64,000 bases of DNA from Balanoglossus misakiensis (lineage: Eukaryota > Animalia > Hemichordata), in NCBI GenBank assembly GCA_040954595.2, contig CM082584.2:2139344-2203343 (forward strand), read 5' to 3'. Positions 37,101 to 48,600 of the stretch are shown in pieces. Every line of letters begins with the position of its first letter. Positions within the stretch are counted from its first letter, which is position 1. A program made the translations under genes and the position numbers. Below the pieces are notes generated by a model. The model saw only the letters and a list, made by a program, of their open reading frames with translations, had not been told where the DNA came from and made no database searches.

Positions 37101-40100
37101 CTGATCCGGTCCCTGCAACAAATGATCGTTGAGGCTCGTTCCCTTGAACCTTGCACTACAATCGAACACGACACGAATTTTGTCTGGTTTTTTAGGGTGA
37201 TACACCCCATGGTGTGGAATATACCACATCGATCCATCATGTGTATTCTTGTCGTCGACCAGTTCCGCATCTCCTGACGCGATAATGTCTTCCATGAAGT
37301 TTCTGTAGTCGTTCAGATACTTTGGGTTTGACTTGAAGCGCCTTTTCAAGTACTGAAGTCTCTGCTGCGCTATACATCTGTTGTTTGGAAGCGCTGGTCT
37401 ATCTTGTCTGAATGGAAGTGGCATTGTATAGAATCCATCTGGTTCTTTCGAAATACCATTTTCCATGATCTTCAAAAATCGAATGTCGTCCTGAGACATG
37501 GCAGTTTCTTCAACTCTTTGTTCGTTGAAGTCCGATTCGAGAATTCTCACCACGTCCAAAGGGTTGAGGACTTGCTCCTTGGCTGTGGTCTTAAAGGCAT
37601 AACGAACTGCCGACGAATGAGACTCTTCCATACGAAGTCTCTGCTGACTGTCTACACCTGGTTGTAGACCGTCTGGTATCACCTTTGTAAGTACTCTATG
37701 GGTAAAACTGAAGACATCTTCCCTTTCATCTCGATGTGTAAGATGTCCGACGATGCTCCATCCTAAGTCTGTCTCTACTGCGAATGGCTGATTTCCACTG
37801 CCTGTGACACAGCTACGAGGTGCTAGGGCTTGAGGACAATCATAACCTATCAACAGACCAACTTCACATTTCTGTTGAGGATGAATACGAGTAGCGATTT
37901 CTCTAAGATGAGGCCACCCATTGGCCATATCACGAGTGGGTATGTGCGATTTTTCCACTGGTATGTAATCAAGCGAATACGTAGTGGGCAACGGAACTAT
38001 TTTGTCACAGTCAAACCCGCGAACTCTGAGTTTGCGATACTTGTGACAGGCAACAACCTTGTTGCTCGTTGTCATGGTTGTCATATGGAGGTTTGCTGGC
38101 TCAGATGCTGTATGTAGCTGTTCAGCGACATGATCCAATACGAAAGTAGTATCTGACTGTGTGTCCAACAGCGCGTACACTAGAATCTCTCTGTTCGGTT
38201 CTTCGTATCCAGAAATCCACACTGGAACGATCATCGACGAAATAGACTTTCCTCGCGGGCAAGTCACACCATAGCAGTCCGCTTTCTTCGTTTCGGGTGT
38301 GGTTTCTTTTCTGTAGTCTCGCACTGGAGACTGAACAGTGCTCATGGTTTCGTTCATGGACGAATCAAATGTCCTCGGCTGAACAATTTTTTCGTCGGAA
38401 TGCAGACTGGTGGGATGTTTCCTACTGCATTTTTTACACACGCCACGGGATTTGCAGTTCTTTGAGATGTGCCCCGTGTTAAGACATCCGAAGCAGTAAC
38501 CGCCCTTTCGAACAAATTCCTGTCTATCGGACATAGGCGTGGAAGCGAAGCTATAACATTCCTGTATAGCGTGCCCAGTCTTTTTGCAGAAAACACACGA
38601 CTGGTTTACCGCCCCTGGTTTTGCTGTGGTCGAGAGCGTACGTGCACCTTGGGTGCGCCTCCTGGTGCTGGTCGGAGTTTTCTCCGGGTCTCTGTCTGTT
38701 GGGGACCTCAGCGAGCCGATTGAGGTCAATGGGTCACATGCAATATCTGCCTCTTCCTCCATGAAGCAGACAAATCTTTCGAATGGGGGGTATGCGTTCG
38801 TAGCCTTCTTTATTCTTGCTGCGATCCTGCTCCATCTGTTTACGAGCCAGTCCGGTAACTTCTGGAGCATTTTCCTATTTTCGTGGATATCGTTCAGCAC
38901 TGCGAGGTCTGGGATATCCTTCATCGCAATCCGGCATTGTTTCAAGAAGTCTGCGAACTTTCGCAATGCCTTCCCGTCCTTGCCGGGGATTCTCGGCCAT
39001 CTGTCGATTTTTTCTCTAAAGGCCTCTGTTACGGCGAAAGAATTACCGTATCGTTCTTCCAGAATGGTTCTTGCCTCTTCGTATGCTCCTTCACTTCGGA
39101 GTAAGAAGCATCCGGCGACTGCTTCCTTAGCAGGTCCACCCAAATACTTCTTCAGGTGATGGATTCTTTCGATTGGTGGGACCCCTCGTGATTCAACTAA
39201 GGTAATGAAAGACGATATCCAATCTGGATAAGAAAGTGGGTCTCCCATGAACATTGGTGGTTCGGGTGTAGCGAGTCTGCTCAAGGACACAGATGTTGCC
39301 AAGGCTTCTGTCAATACCTTGAGGTCTTCTCTGTTCTCCGATGGGCGATATTCATTTGCTGTTGCACGTAGTGTATAATCTTGTGGTTTCGGTTGCGACG
39401 TCGACGGCTTGGTAGTCGGCGGGGTGACTGGTTCTGTTTTTACAGTACGCGTGGGAATGTGAGCAGCTGGTGTCGACTGGCTGATCGGTTCGGTCTTCAC
39501 GATAGGTAACTCGCTCGTCACCGGTGGAAACACAGTCTTCGCTAATGGCAGGTTGTCGAGTAGTTCTTCTCTTTCACAAGCAGCTATCTTCGCTTTCTCC
39601 ACATGCAGTTCTCCTACTAGTTTCTGTCTTTCTAACACTCTTTTCCTACGACGTATTTCTGCCTCAGCTTCTTCTTGGCGTCTTCTCTCTTCTGCCACAG
39701 CTGCCGCTTGTCGTCTTTTTTCTTCTGCCTCTAAGTGTTCCAATTCCTCTTCATGTGCTGTCTCTTCATGTTTTGCTTCGATTTCCGCCTGTAGGGCAGC
39801 TGCCCTGACAGCTGCGTTTCTCCGTACTGATGACGTACTGGAAGAGCTGGATCGTTTGGATGACCTAGAGCTCGACTTTGTGTGATGTGAAGGCACGGAT
39901 CCGAATGAAACTGAGCTATGAGCATCGGCTCGCGCAATCAGTCGCTGTGCATAATTGATGACACTATCCACGCGCAAATTCAAACGATCGACGGCTTTCA
40001 ATACATCCTCTAAGGGGGTGTCCGACACGGCGCGTATCTGATCATGAATTTCAATCAAAACAGTGCGCTCGCGCTCTATTTCTTTCAAAATAGTATATAT

Positions 40101-40376
40101 GTTTTCTACAGACTCTTTGTCGAATATGTCAGGGTTTTTCACAAATGACAACAACCGATTGTGAGTACGCCAGAACTGCTTCTCCAAATCAATTAACTTA
40201 CCTTCCCTAGCTTTCTCAGTAAGCTTGGGTACTCGTTCTGATCTGCGTAATGTGTACACATTTTCATCCATTTCAGTTTCATGAATCTCTGCTTTTGTTA
40301 CAATTTGATCTGTTTCATCAGGCTTACCTTGATCATCAGCGGTTGGCACTGATTCCTGTGTGTCCTTTTCGGCCAT
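34161..40376 (-). CDS. BEL/Pao Gag-Pol polyprotein
   Basis: Open frame from the ATG at 40376 (MAEKD). Three Cys/His knuckles, protease LDTQS, RT YVDD, RNase H FSDAS..WTDS, integrase HHCC plus DDE; order PR-RT-RH-IN. Confidence 0.97.
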   Translation of the reverse strand: MAEKDTQESVPTADDQGKPDETDQIVTKAEIHETEMDENVYTLRRSERVPKLTEKAREGKLIDLEKQFWRTHNRLLSFVKNPDIFDKESVENIYTILKEIERERTVLIEIHDQIRAVSDTPLEDVLKAVDRLNLRVDSVINYAQRLIARADAHSSVSFGSVPSHHTKSSSRSSKRSSSSSTSSVRRNAAVRAAALQAEIEAKHEETAHEEELEHLEAEEKRRQAAAVAEERRRQEEAEAEIRRRKRVLERQKLVGELHVEKAKIAACEREELLDNLPLAKTVFPPVTSELPIVKTEPISQSTPAAHIPTRTVKTEPVTPPTTKPSTSQPKPQDYTLRATANEYRPSENREDLKVLTEALATSVSLSRLATPEPPMFMGDPLSYPDWISSFITLVESRGVPPIERIHHLKKYLGGPAKEAVAGCFLLRSEGAYEEARTILEERYGNSFAVTEAFREKIDRWPRIPGKDGKALRKFADFLKQCRIAMKDIPDLAVLNDIHENRKMLQKLPDWLVNRWSRIAARIKKATNAYPPFERFVCFMEEEADIACDPLTSIGSLRSPTDRDPEKTPTSTRRRTQGARTLSTTAKPGAVNQSCVFCKKTGHAIQECYSFASTPMSDRQEFVRKGGYCFGCLNTGHISKNCKSRGVCKKCSRKHPTSLHSDEKIVQPRTFDSSMNETMSTVQSPVRDYRKETTPETKKADCYGVTCPRGKSISSMIVPVWISGYEEPNREILVYALLDTQSDTTFVLDHVAEQLHTASEPANLHMTTMTTSNKVVACHKYRKLRVRGFDCDKIVPLPTTYSLDYIPVEKSHIPTRDMANGWPHLREIATRIHPQQKCEVGLLIGYDCPQALAPRSCVTGSGNQPFAVETDLGWSIVGHLTHRDEREDVFSFTHRVLTKVIPDGLQPGVDSQQRLRMEESHSSAVRYAFKTTAKEQVLNPLDVVRILESDFNEQRVEETAMSQDDIRFLKIMENGISKEPDGFYTMPLPFRQDRPALPNNRCIAQQRLQYLKRRFKSNPKYLNDYRNFMEDIIASGDAELVDDKNTHDGSMWYIPHHGVYHPKKPDKIRVVFDCSARFKGTSLNDHLLQGPDQINSLIGVLCRFRKENIAVMCDIERMFHRFRVKKDDRNYLRFLWWRDGNVDSEPVTYRMNVHLFGAVSSPGCANYGLRQVAKDNPQHGKSAVDFVAKNFYVDDGLHSLETASEAVQLIQDVRNLCAEGNLRLHKFISNDRTTMESVPISERAKNVKDLDLSFSELPIERALGIEWRVESDSFHFSPIVKMHSPSRRGILSAVASVFDPLGFLAPFVLRGKRILQEMCKKGTDWDDPLPDDLRPRWESWLAELPKLDDLKIRRCFKPQHFGPVKKVELHHFSDASLTGYGQCSYIRLVDSLDNIHCSLVMGKARVAPLKPITVPRLELQAAVVSIQVSNLLNKELDYPVMENFYWTDSKVVLGYIGNDARRFHIYVANRIQRIKESSQPEQWRYVHTEENPADHASRGLGVDGLMKSNWFRGPAFLWDKELPLSTRVDAQVSADDPEVKNIRTLMTSSTATSSMLHRVERFSDWNKVVGAFATLYRYVSGKGKRKEIASGETRQKATMAIVAWAQQEAFKEEIESLKCRTSEDSEPSMVKRNSHLYPLNPYLDDQQILRVGGRLSRSSMPDYVKHPIILPRKSHVTTLLIRWCHEQVAHQGRGITVNKLRSCGFWIINCNTAVASYIHKCVQCRKLRGKANTQRMADLPKDRLEPSPPFTYCGMDCFGPFVVKERRSDVKRYGVIFTCLALRAIHIEVVEEMSTDAFLNSLRTFIAIRGPVRHLRCDRGSNFVGARNELQLGLQALDEGRIKDVLSKRQCEFVFNSPSSSHMGGVWERQIRSVRNVLAGILEKMGSRLNTSSLRTLMYEAMAIVNSRPLSAENLNDPTGPMPLTPNQLLTMKSDVILPPPGNFVREDLYARKRWRAVQYLANEFWTRWRKEYLQNLQARQKWQETKRNLEVGDIVLLKEDDTVRNQWRLAKVIDTLRDDDCLIRRVTILVGDPNLSKQGQGKKVDKATILERPIHKLVLLVENPEAEKMLR

Positions 40377-41066
40377 AGTTGAACTTGGGTGAACACAACT
40401 AGAGAGCTGAAACAATCACTGTGACTATTCAGTGTAGATACAAATTTGGAAATCTAAACCCGAGGGAGTAACTACACAAGCAATTTGATGCCGGGTACTG
40501 ACAGTGAAAAATTTCAAACACTTTGACAAATACAAAACTGTGTGAGTTTCAACAAAGGAGACTCTTTGTATCGCAAAGGCTGATACGAGTGACACTAATG
40601 TGCACTATTTGGGGACATTGATAAAACTGAATGTACAAATCACACATGCACACAAGCCAAAATGACAATGAGGAAATGTGCTCAGAGTTCAAAGTTCAAT
40701 ATTAATGTTCAAAGTCAGTGTTCAATATTCTGTCCTAATTCCGAAGGAGAGTGTCCAGAATGTTCAATCTGCTGCTTCTGTTAACAGTCGCTGAACATCT
40801 TCACTCTTCTCTGCAGTCTGTAGTCTTCATGGGTTGATTCAACAGTAGGGTAATAGGCGAATACTGGCTGAACCATGTAACAGCGCCCTCGACGACGAGT
40901 CTTCGGATGAACCGATGACGTCACACACAATGGTGTAGGACGATAATTTCACCTCCAGATCGAACAGCAATAAAATCGTTGAAAGACTTACGTCCGTTCC
41001 GAGTTCTGTTTCGAAGGTCCGAGTTCCTACTCGCGCTCGAGTTTTTACTTTCGCCCGAGTTTTTAC

Positions 41067-41936
41067 TGTGACCGCCAAAGCTTTTCCGTAATATTCAAAA
41101 GTCAGAGTCGAGTTTCCATATACGGGTCTTCGGTTTATTATCGATAAATCGATCGAGCGATCGCCGAAAGCGACCGTACGAGACTGTACACAATAGTCGA
41201 AAGACTTCGAAAGACGAGATGTGCGCAGACCTCGATGCGAATAGGCCAAATAGACCTCGAGAATGACCGAGACTGATTCGAATAGACCGAATAAACCTTG
41301 TCTCGAATAGACCAAGACCGTAAAAACTGAAACATAAATACAAATACAAAAATGTCAAATCGAAAGAATTACATATACAAAAATCGAGAATGATTTCAAT
41401 CGAAAACAGATATGTGCAAGCAACACAGTTCGATGTACGTGACTGATGTACAAGATGCAGACAACTCGTCAAAGTCTAATTACAATAAAGTTTCACGAAA
41501 TACAATTCATATCTGTAAGAATACCGAAAGATATATTACCTCGCTGGCGACTTGTAAAGCCTTGTGGTCGGGAAGTTTCGAAATACGAACGAAATATCGA
41601 AGGGTGCGAAACGAGAGACGAGGGTGTACTTCACCGTCCCATAGCGAAGTCGAAAACACGAGGTAAAAATGTGTAGTGATATGACAATCGTAGATGGACT
41701 ACTTGTAAAACTTTTGGGCGAAATATGGTTTGTCGATGTGTTCACAATGACCTTCAAAGGTACACATAAAGTCACAACATCTTTCTCTGTGAAAATTAAA
41801 AGTCTACAATATCGAAACTCGTAACAAAAAGGGAACTATTTTTATGGAGTAAGGTTTTAAAGCAACAAACTGTTCGTGCATATCCCTCATAATTAAAAAT
41901 ACGAAATCCCTTTGTTTTTGCATGGCTTCAGCCACA
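41067..41936 (-). repeat. 5' LTR
   Basis: Direct repeat of 33186-34055; minus-strand AATAAA at ~41134-41139. Confidence 0.95.
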
Positions 41937-42979
41937 ATGAGTGTGGACTGATTGCATAAACATATTTTGAAAGTACTTCCTGTAAAAAAGGGAGGAGGCT
42001 CCACAAACCAGACTATTTTTGTTTATGTACATGATATACTTGTGCGAGGGTTGTCAACTTGATAGCCATTCTCAAGATTTACAATCATTATAAGAGTGTA
42101 CGTATACAAGAAAAGTAAATTCCTGAATATTAAAGGGACAAAGTCTCTCTCTCGCTTCCCTTTTTCCATTAATTATGTTTGATACAAGACACTGTTTATG
42201 TTATTCTACATGTGTATGTAGTGAATTAACGTTCGACCACACACAAATATGCAAAGGAGAATTTATTAATAAGCCATACCCACCAAAATCTTATCAGATC
42301 TAGAACTTATCATAACAATGCTACATACAAAATTTCATATCATTGGATTCAATTTCTCTCAAGATATGAGTGGAACAAAATCTGTCTACAGAAGGACAGA
42401 CAGAAATCGCTGTGCCAATAATGAGATTATTATTTAAACCACAAAAGATTGACGATAAACAATGCAATAAACAACAACATCCTTATGTTCAACAAGACAG
42501 TTTTTGGCAGATGCTGGAGACAATCCCCCTTTCTCATAACTCCAAATTGCTCACAGTGGAGATCAAATGTCTCAGATATAGGAGAGACAATCACATCACC
42601 ATAATGAATCAATACTTGCCTGTGTCTGGACAACACCTGGCCGAGAGGAAGTAGTTTTGATTCAAAGGACAGTGACAAATTATATGGCACCTCCTTATGA
42701 TGAATTGTATTAGGTACCAGACAGGAGTTGGCAGATGCTGGAGGCCGACAGACAATCACCCTATCTGATACGTTCTGTGATAGGATTGGCATGGACTGTC
42801 ATCAGTCTATCTGTACAACACCTGACCAATGGAGGGAGTAGTTTTGATTCAAAGGGCAATGGACAAATATATACATTGTATCCCAGACACAATTTACTAA
42901 GAAAACTACAGAGGAAATGGCACTATTGAGAAAGCTCATACTTTTAGAATTTACCTGCAGAAGTCAGGTTGGTATTTAC

Positions 42980-43081
42980 CTTGTTTTGTATGGTTACATC
43001 AGCTTTGTGTTCCAATAACAATCTGACACGGCCTTCACCAACATCCCTCCTTGCTGCAGAGTGCAAAGGGGTGTCTCCCCA
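42980..43081 (-). CDS. ANK exon
   Basis: ttacag|WGDTPLHSAARRDVGEGRVRLLLEHKADVTIQNK|gtaaat. Confidence 0.9.
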
Positions 43082-43250
43082 CTGTAAGTAATGAAGGAGG
43101 AGCATGAGAACTATGTCACAAAAATTAAACGTAATGTGTAATTTTCCTTAAACAAAAAACATACAAACAAACAAACAAACAAACAAAAAATGAATGAATA
43201 AATCATTCCATACTGATAGATTAACCTGCAGAAGTCAAGTTGGTATTTAC

Positions 43251-43349
43251 CTGGGTTTGTATGGTAACATCAGCTTTGTGTTCCAATAACAATCTGACAC
43301 AGCCTTCACCACCAAACCCTGCTGCATCATTCAAAGGGGTGACTCCATC
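43251..43349 (-). CDS. ANK exon
   Basis: ttacag|DGVTPLNDAAGFGGEGCVRLLLEHKADVTIQTQ|gtaaat. Confidence 0.88.
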
Positions 43350-44171
43350 CTGTAAGTAATGAAGGAGAAGCATGGGAACAATGTCACAAAAATTGAAATG
43401 TAATATGAGGTTTCTTTAAACAAACAAACAAACAAACAAACCTACAAATAAATAAACAAATATCAAAAGTATCAGCCATATTGCAAAAAACAAGCAAGAA
43501 TGGCATACTGACTGATTTGAAAGGATAATGCACAGTCCTTCTACACACAAAATGAAAATTGCCGACTGTTAAAATGAATACAGATCAAAGAATGACGGTG
43601 AAGAATCTCAATTGATTCTAACAGCGAGGAAAACGCTTTGACTGGTCATATAGTTTTTAACATTGGATGGTTTAGACTCCATAGCTTAACTAAGGATGGA
43701 GGGGTTCTGGAAGATTTAAAAAAAGATTGCCAGCAAAATTTCAGAGATGGCTTGGAAAAAAAATAAAAATTTGTTAACTTTGGTGAAACACAAAAAAAAG
43801 CATCAAAATTTACTTTCTGGAACATATTTATTCATTCGGAACAAATGTGTCAAATACACTATGGTTCAACATCTTTGGCTAAATTGTAAAGATTGTTAAA
43901 TTTAGAGTGCAATGTGTCCCACTGTCCTTCCTATGGCTGGATCCCAAGGGTATCATGGTTAGTAAAACTAAATCAGTATGGGTAATACTTTTTGGCCTTT
44001 CCCTCTTCTTGTTCAGGGTTAGCTTGTTTCTTCCCATTGAATTTGGATCATGCAAAGTAATTTTGGATGAAAATAAGAGTGTTGTAATTAGGTCTTTTTC
44101 AAAGGCATTTTTTTATTATCCAATTGTGTGGCCACATTATCCATAATAAAGTGATAAGTCAGTTCACGTAC

Positions 44172-44270
44172 CTCATCCTTCGCATTGACATCTGCACCAT
44201 GGCTAATCAACATCCTGACAGCATCCAATTTACCTTTGAAGGACGCTGCATGCAATGCTGTGGAATCATT
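44172..44270 (-). CDS. ANK exon (unique sequence)
   Basis: ttccag|NDSTALHAASFKGKLDAVRMLISHGADVNAKDE|gtacgt; 99 nt. Confidence 0.9.
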
Positions 44271-44530
44271 CTGGAATAAAGACGTTTAATGTTGGAATAA
44301 AAATGACATCACAAATCTGATACTTGCAATGTGAGTCAACTGCTTGATCTTTTGATGAGGAAACTCTAGGAATTTCATCACAATGAGCTTCAGTCACTAT
44401 TGTAATAATGGTTTTGATTACGATGGTGTGTTATTTCAGTAATAGACTGATATAGATTTGATTCTGAAAGATCATAATAATAGTATTTTCTAAGGTTGAG
44501 TGACAATTCTCTATGACCAAAACACATGTA

Positions 44531-44700
44531 CAGTAAAACCCGTCTAATCCAAAGGGACAGAAGAAATTGTTCAGTTTACAGACGTTTCTGGTTTGTAAAG
44601 GTTCTTTTAACACGTGGTTCTATGTCAAGGGGACAGGAAAATGTGTTCATTATAGACAGTTTTCCAGATACGGCATGTTCCATTTCGACAGGTATTACTG
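44531..44700. mobile_element. Tc1/pogo-like MITE
   Basis: ta-cagtaaaacccgtc...gacaggtattactg-ta; related copy at 52108-52258. Confidence 0.65.
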
Positions 44701-45524
44701 TATGTGGTTGAACCACATTGAACCAAACTGTAGACTGATACCATGTTCACACTAGGTAAAACTGGAACTGTTGATGAAAAAGTCTGCACTGAATTGAGAT
44801 TATTTATATTTGTGGGCTAGTGTAGGTCTGTTTTTGCACAATCTAAATGTGGTGTTGTGATATCATTTTGGGAGTGTGTGGTATTTTGGAAGTTCATAGA
44901 TATCTAGTTGATTCAGTGTTACTGTTGTGTGAAAAGCCAGTCACTCATAACCATTGAAATGTTTCTGAAACGTCTCTGCTCAAATGCCGGCATAAAATAT
45001 TACATGTGAACAGTTGAAGTGGTCCTGGAACATTTCAGGGGTTCAGCTAGTGCTACTACAGTAACAGCATCAGGGGTGCTATAGAAAGCGGCGTGGCAAA
45101 CTGCAATGATGTATTTGCAAACAGAATAGTGCGATGGACCTTGAAAAACACCCCAGTTGAGAATTAGTTCTTGCCACAGAGAATTTGAAACACCATAGTT
45201 GACCCCTAAAAATACTGCTTGCAGCAGACCTCTCCGTGTCTGTAAGTTTATCTTTATGGAAGAATTGACATTAGGAATATCTTGTTTGCACCAAGAATCC
45301 ATTTTATTTCAACAAAATTCGTTATTTTAAAAATATATTTCTATTAAAAGTTGTTACTTACCAAAAACCCAGGCTGTCTATCGTTATTTTGTTGCACGTA
45401 ATTGAAATACAGTTTCACACAATTTTTTTAAGTTCCTGCATGCACCGCATGTGAAAAATTAAATATCAAACGCTAGCCCTGAGCGATGACTCTGTATAAA
45501 ACATTGGTCAATACGAACACTTAC

Positions 45525-45623
45525 CTGTCCTGGGTATTTACCCCTTGCATTGACATCATATCCATCAGCTATCAGCGACTGAATCTTTGCAACATCACCC
45601 TTCACTGCGGCATTGATTAGATT
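45525..45623 (-). CDS. ANK exon (probable N-cap repeat)
   Basis: ttacag|NLINAAVKGDVAKIQSLIADGYDVNARGKYPGQ|gtaagt; 99 nt. Confidence 0.88.
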
Positions 45624-48600
45624 CTGTAACATTCAACAATCAACATTTCTTTCATCAAAATATTCTCAAAATGCAATCATAAACAGCAGTAATATAAAAG
45701 GAAAACATTGAAATCTTCATTAATGAAAAATTATGAAGCCAAAACATGATCATGTACGCCAATTTGAATACAAAATGATGACATCATGTTGTGAGAAAAC
45801 AAAGACAACACAATCACTCTTCTCCAAGACAAAGCAGCAAGATCTCCAAAGGGCAACAGGAAAACAGAAATACAAAACCGGTGCTGGCACTCTCAGGGAA
45901 AATAGACATTGCCTGTCCATAACATTTCCAGGAATTTTCAACAACAAAAAGACAATTTGGATTCACCTCCTATTGATGTGTTGGTACCCCCTGGAAATTT
46001 AATTGTCAAAGGGGCACCTGAGTGCCCTTTAAAATGATGTTACTCACATGTTGAAGATATAACATTCCCCCTTGCCAGAGTGGAATCACCCTCAAATATT
46101 CTGGCGAAGGGGGACATATACCCCCTGCTGATACCATCCTGAATAAAACACAGTCTGAATATATATATATATATATATATATATGGAAGAAAATGAGACA
46201 AAAGCCCCCTTAGCTCCTAATTTACAAAAACTGGGACAGTTAATGCCATAATACAAATATAAAGCAATAACAATGTTTCTAATATAAAGAACTATGGTTT
46301 AGACACCCATCCGTATTTCAAATCTCATTTGAACATTGTCATGTTATAAGATGTACCATTTTTATCATTTTCAAAGACAGTGATGATACCGAAAAGCGTC
46401 CCCTTCTCTGTGATAGTTTTGGGAACATGCATGGATAGCTATTGACCCTGAGTGTATCACCACCAGGGGAGGGTAGAAATTCACAATCTTTCGACATTCA
46501 TATATTTTCCTTTTGTCATTCTGTATACACTTTCCTTCTGTAGTTTTTCTCTAGCAATTTATGTTTTAAGTATGTGAGAAATAACACAATAGCTTAATTA
46601 CAGACACAATAATTGGTGTTCAAGAATGTGGTCGAAAAACAATTTGTTTCACTAACAACAATGACATGAATAATTTTATATCATTGCTACAAAAATGCTG
46701 GGAGTTGTGATCGTGCCTGGGGAGTGATGACTGCTGACAGTCTAAAGCTTGAGTACCTGGGAAGGGTGCTAATTGCTCTGACTGACTCGATAACTCTACA
46801 ATTAATGTGGATTAATTAAATGTTGACAGAATGAAGAGTGCAGATATGAAGTCAAGTTTGGCCCACAAAACTTCAGTTATGTGTTCCACTATTTATGAAA
46901 AAGCAAATTAATTTAATAACTTCACATTGCAATAGTAAACCAAGTAGTCATTACCATCACATGAATGTCGCCAAAAACCAACATGAGAACGTGGAATGAG
47001 AATTGTGTAATATTAATTGCAGCTTCCACAATATATTTTGTTTGACCCTTTATATTTACATTTTGTGCAGGGATTGTTTTGCCATTTATGGCTGTGTACA
47101 ATCGAATCTGCAAAACTGATAACAGTTTCATAAATACTCTGTGTGCCATCATGATTCTGACAAATAGATGCTTATTTTTCTTTGTAGTGCAGCTTGTATT
47201 TACTTATTGACTTTTATACAGATACAGTCTTCAAAATCAAATGATTAGCTAGACGACGCAATCCCAACAAAACTAACTTGCCAGTTGAACTCAAGACTGC
47301 AACATCGTGATATGGTGTAATTTGTGAATGAATTTCAAGGCAATGTTAATGACACAACAATGCAATGGCTTCCCCGGAAGATAAAGACCCACAGGTAAGT
47401 TACTTTTGAACTGAATTTACGCTGTCCGTCTCATCATGACCACCCATAATCTATCAACAGGTGTTTCAGAATAAATATCCGTCTGCTGAGATTTTTCTTG
47501 GTTCAAGTGGACTGAAACATTTGAACGACAAAATTTACAAATTACCACCCGGACAGAACGTGTCGCAGCAAAATTAAAGTTGTGAAAACTTGACAAATTG
47601 TCGATGAAATTCAACACTGCAGACAGCAACTTGTAGACACGGCAATATATGTGTGCTCACATTTGCATGTTAGCTCCAATTGCAAGTCAGCTCAAACCAG
47701 CTCTGTGCTATGCGCGTTTTGTACGCCTAAAATATTAGTCCATGAATCTGACTTGTTCTACAAGACATCAAATGACTGTCCAAACATCTGTGGAAAGGTG
47801 AATCAGTCAGTCAGTCTATCCGTCAGTTGTGAGTGGGGTGTCTGTGTTGGATCGAGAGACTGTGAGTGGGGCACACAACTTTTAACAATGACATCATGGA
47901 AACTGTTTGTTGTTTGTGCTGGACGTACAAAGTTTTTACTAGTAATAAATTGCTCGTCATATTTTATTATCACAATCCAAAGTTTTCAATCTATGTCTGT
48001 ATTACTGTATAGTCAATCATTCTCGAGTCTGATTAGCATCTCTTCAGTGGCTCACTCCACATAGATACCAATTACCATATCAACAGACAATGACCTTTCT
48101 GACCTGTGCGAGTTCATTCAAGGTGACACAATTGTCGATTGTAAGCGAACAGTGTTTCAGCCGCACTCAGTTTAATGTCATGCTAACCTATGATCACTTG
48201 GCTATCAGGTTTTATTGGGCCAGTGGCATGCTTGATCTAGATGTTATTTTTGGAAGCAAAGTTGACGGCTAGATACTAGACTAGGATAGTGCATGATCAC
48301 ATACACGCCAAGATGAATCATTATAAACACAGAAATCATAGTGTCCTTCATAGTTGCATAGGTGTATGCAGGGACAGTTAAATTCTCTTCATCTTAATTT
48401 CATTCAAAAGCCTTGAATGCTAAATTTTCATGTTGGGATCGGTACGTAACAGCTTGAAAATGTAATTCGCCCATGCAGTCAAATTTAGATAACAAGAAAC
48501 AATGTTCTCTTTGTGTAGCCCTTATTAGAAAGGACAGGTATGGTCCCCTTTGGCCATAATGCCCTGACCATATCATCGATCGCCTCGTGGTATCACACAA

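Larger units (their letters stand above)
33186..41936 (-). mobile_element. Intact BEL/Pao LTR retrotransposon
   Basis: 870-bp TG..CA LTRs; 5-bp TSD atgag at 33181-33185 and 41937-41941; polypurine tract AGGGGGGAG at 34056-34064; single gag-pol ORF. Confidence 0.97.
9933..45623 (-). pseudogene. ANK-repeat/Roc/COR (ROCO, DAPK1-like) multi-exon gene; this allele has in-frame stops; start exon and 3' end not found in window
   Basis: 23 exons join in frame with AG/GT boundaries (one GC donor): 16 ANK exons, cap and linker exons, four Roc exons and the first COR exon. TAA at 18338-18340 and TGA at 13630-13632. Confidence 0.8.

Noticed and set aside
34257-39885. Plus-strand ORFs opposite gag-pol
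   Set aside because: Antisense shadows of a long coding frame.
9933-45623. Calling the gene DAPK1 or LRRK
   Set aside because: No kinase, LRR or death domain is visible in the window; only ANK-Roc-COR similarity, so no symbol was assigned.
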